Of a stretch of DNA of 64,000 bases, positions 62,208-64,000 are shown one piece after another. A program made the position numbers and the translations under genes. Numbering within the stretch: the stretch's first letter is position 1; each line of letters begins with the position of its first letter. This DNA is from Pseudomonas phage vB_PaePAO1-KEN19, in sequence record PP456878.1; one strand, written 5' to 3'. The notes beneath the pieces were generated by a model. It ran no database searches. It worked only from the letters and a program-made list of their open reading frames with translations, and was not told the origin of the DNA.

Positions 62208-62768
62208 CTACTCGTAGAGATATATAAGAACGTATCTTTTATTTTTAACTGGAGGGACTTCATGTGGCTCTGAACGGATTGGAAAAATAGTAGCCCTACC
62301 TGGTACATCCTGATAAAACTTACCATTGATCGTTATACCATCGCCATTGTCATTTAATGCAATAACCATGTTGTAACGATAAACAGCTTGGTCGATGTGT
62401 TCAGGCATACCTGTACCAATTTCATATCGGTTGATTAGAACTTCGCCTAACCAAGCACCTTCTACCTTAGGTGCAATATGAAATAGTAATTCCCGTAATT
62501 CCATTGGCATTTGGTTATGCCCTAAAAACCAATAATCACACTCAGTGATACCTTTGGTTGGGATACTATTAATTTTTTTCCGATTAAACCACCAGGAATC
62601 TCCTAGTGTATCCAGATAAGATACAAGGTCAGCTGCAAATTCAGCTGAAAACACGTCCTTGGTCGATCTTTCGTGGGCCGATAAGCTCATGCAGGCCACC
62701 TGCATATCGATGTGCTTTCTCAGCGTCGAGATCTTCCCTGGATTTATAGATAACGTCTGGGCTCTCAA
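62208..62768 (-). CDS. putative 2OG-Fe(II) oxygenase-fold protein (186 aa)
   Basis: HID (H-x-D), then about 45 aa later PHEV, then KNKRYVLIY: consistent with the H-x-D...H...R/K pattern of the double-stranded beta-helix dioxygenase family. Confidence 0.4.
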   Translation of the reverse strand: MRAQTLSINPGKISTLRKHIDMQVACMSLSAHERSTKDVFSAEFAADLVSYLDTLGDSWWFNRKKINSIPTKGITECDYWFLGHNQMPMELRELLFHIAPKVEGAWLGEVLINRYEIGTGMPEHIDQAVYRYNMVIALNDNGDGITINGKFYQDVPGRATIFPIRSEPHEVPPVKNKRYVLIYLYE

Positions 62769-63279
62769 TTAGGGCCTCCTTATGCGCGCGATTAGTTCGT
62801 TTAACAAGATCAATATAATCAAGCATTTCTTCTAGTTCATCTAACTCTTGACCATATTTTTCAGCTAGCTGTTTAATTGCACGTGCAAGGATATTAATTT
62901 GCTCAGTCACTGGATAGCGTTCAGTAATTTTGTAGGCCACTTTACTATTTAAGTGATCTTCAGTAATTACTTGTGGCGCTTCTTCTTTAGGAACAATCTT
63001 CCAATCGGAAAGTGTAGGTTGTTTACCAGGTGTATTACTTACGACTACATCATAAGTACCCATTTCGGCTTCAACAAAAATGGTGTGCTCACGTGACTTA
63101 GCATCGAATGCATCTAAAGGTAGATAGCCTACGCTTTGTAGGAATACCTCAGAAGTACGGTTAAACATTAATAGTACTTTTACTTTATCTTCAGTAGGCG
63201 CAGTAGCTAAAGATAGTTCTTGGAGTGATAACGGATTATTCATTATACAAGTGCTCCAGCTCGAATCATCCAACGCCAT
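62641..63279 (-). CDS. hypothetical protein (212 aa); long overlap with the downstream gene suggests a later start
   Basis: ORF track. Confidence 0.4.
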   Translation of the reverse strand: MALDDSSWSTCIMNNPLSLQELSLATAPTEDKVKVLLMFNRTSEVFLQSVGYLPLDAFDAKSREHTIFVEAEMGTYDVVVSNTPGKQPTLSDWKIVPKEEAPQVITEDHLNSKVAYKITERYPVTEQINILARAIKQLAEKYGQELDELEEMLDYIDLVKRTNRAHKEALIESPDVIYKSREDLDAEKAHRYAGGLHELIGPRKIDQGRVFS

Positions 63280-64000
63280 GTACCATTATTTCTAACTGCT
63301 ACATATTGCTGGTAATAATAGGCTTCAAAGGGGGTATTAGTTCTAACACCTACAACAGCGTAAGTGCCTTCAGGATATTTGGTATTATCTGTAAACATCG
63401 TATTTAACGTGTTTAATGCTTCTGCTTCACTATTTACCTGACCTAAGGTAATGGCTTTAATCTTATCTTTGTTCCACTCTTTAAAAGCTTCAACCCAGTC
63501 TTGCCAAGTACCATCGCTCGCTAGATAATATCTCTCAGGGTCATTTAATATTGATGCATTACCTTTACCTAATGCATTCCATTTAAATACGCCACTAGTT
63601 ACTTCTTCAGCTGGAATATCTTTTCGAACATCATTCCAGAAATTCTGATATACCTTACCTGTTCCAGTAACTGGATAACCCTGACTATTAGTAGTAGCAC
63701 CAATAGTGGTCGCATTAGCAGCTTGTTCATTAATACCTAATAATGGAGTTATTTTAGAATCCATCACTGGTTTGGTATATGATCCAACTTGGTCAGCTGT
63801 GACAGCATGTGGGTTATTAAAGTTTTTAATATGTGCTGCAAGTTTAGCCAACGTATCAATATTAAGAATACGATAAATACCACCAATTGGCATGTATTTA
63901 TTATTTACGTTTCTATTAACTGACTCAGCTTCAGTAGCAAAACCCCAGTTGGATATCTTATCAAGCGGTGGAATTAACTTGAATCGATCATCAGCATGCG
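63243..64000 (-). CDS. hypothetical protein; the ORF track starts at 63893 but the frame stays open to the window end, so the gene may be 5'-truncated by the window
   Basis: Frame containing MPIGGIYRIL is stop-free from 63894 to 64000. Confidence 0.4.
   Translation of the reverse strand, partial: HADDRFKLIPPLDKISNWGFATEAESVNRNVNNKYMPIGGIYRILNIDTLAKLAAHIKNFNNPHAVTADQVGSYTKPVMDSKITPLLGINEQAANATTIGATTNSQGYPVTGTGKVYQNFWNDVRKDIPAEEVTSGVFKWNALGKGNASILNDPERYYLASDGTWQDWVEAFKEWNKDKIKAITLGQVNSEAEALNTLNTMFTDNTKYPEGTYAVVGVRTNTPFEAYYYQQYVAVRNNGTWRWMIRAGALV

Overview
AT-rich, densely coding (>90%) window with long same-strand gene arrays separated by GC-rich hairpin terminators. It reads as virion-structural, lysis and DNA-metabolism genes of a phiKZ-like giant (jumbo) Pseudomonas myovirus. 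I recognise the 260-aa protein at 57554-58336 (-) as the KZ144 endolysin (peptidoglycan-binding plus lytic-transglycosylase domain). The 2240-aa protein at 10034-16756 (-) matches the phiKZ giant virion protein gp181 in size and in its C-terminal transglycosylase domain. Both identifications are from memory and cannot be verified without alignment. Other supported content: a split multisubunit RNA polymerase (beta-prime N-terminal fragment with the DFDGD catalytic loop, translationally coupled to a 1451-aa beta-like subunit); thymidylate kinase; Rad50/SbcC-like ATPase with a CxxC zinc hook; UvsX-like recombinase; RNase H; RuvC-like resolvase; a tail-spike/PAAR pair; a collagen-like tail fibre and a fibre-repeat protein; and a lysis cassette (overlapping i/o-spanin pair, membrane protein, endolysin). 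About 20 intrinsic terminators belong to one hairpin family (GCCCTCCC-loop-GGGAGGGC) with conserved flanks. I found no tRNA, CRISPR, integrase, transposase or homing-endonuclease signatures. The most checkable leads are an unannotated 58-codon DUF3008-like gene with its own SD and terminator, the spanin architecture, the divergent P-loop in the UvsX-like protein, a tandem pair of putative 2OG-Fe(II) oxygenase-fold proteins near the collagen-like fibre gene, and the terminator family with conserved flanks.
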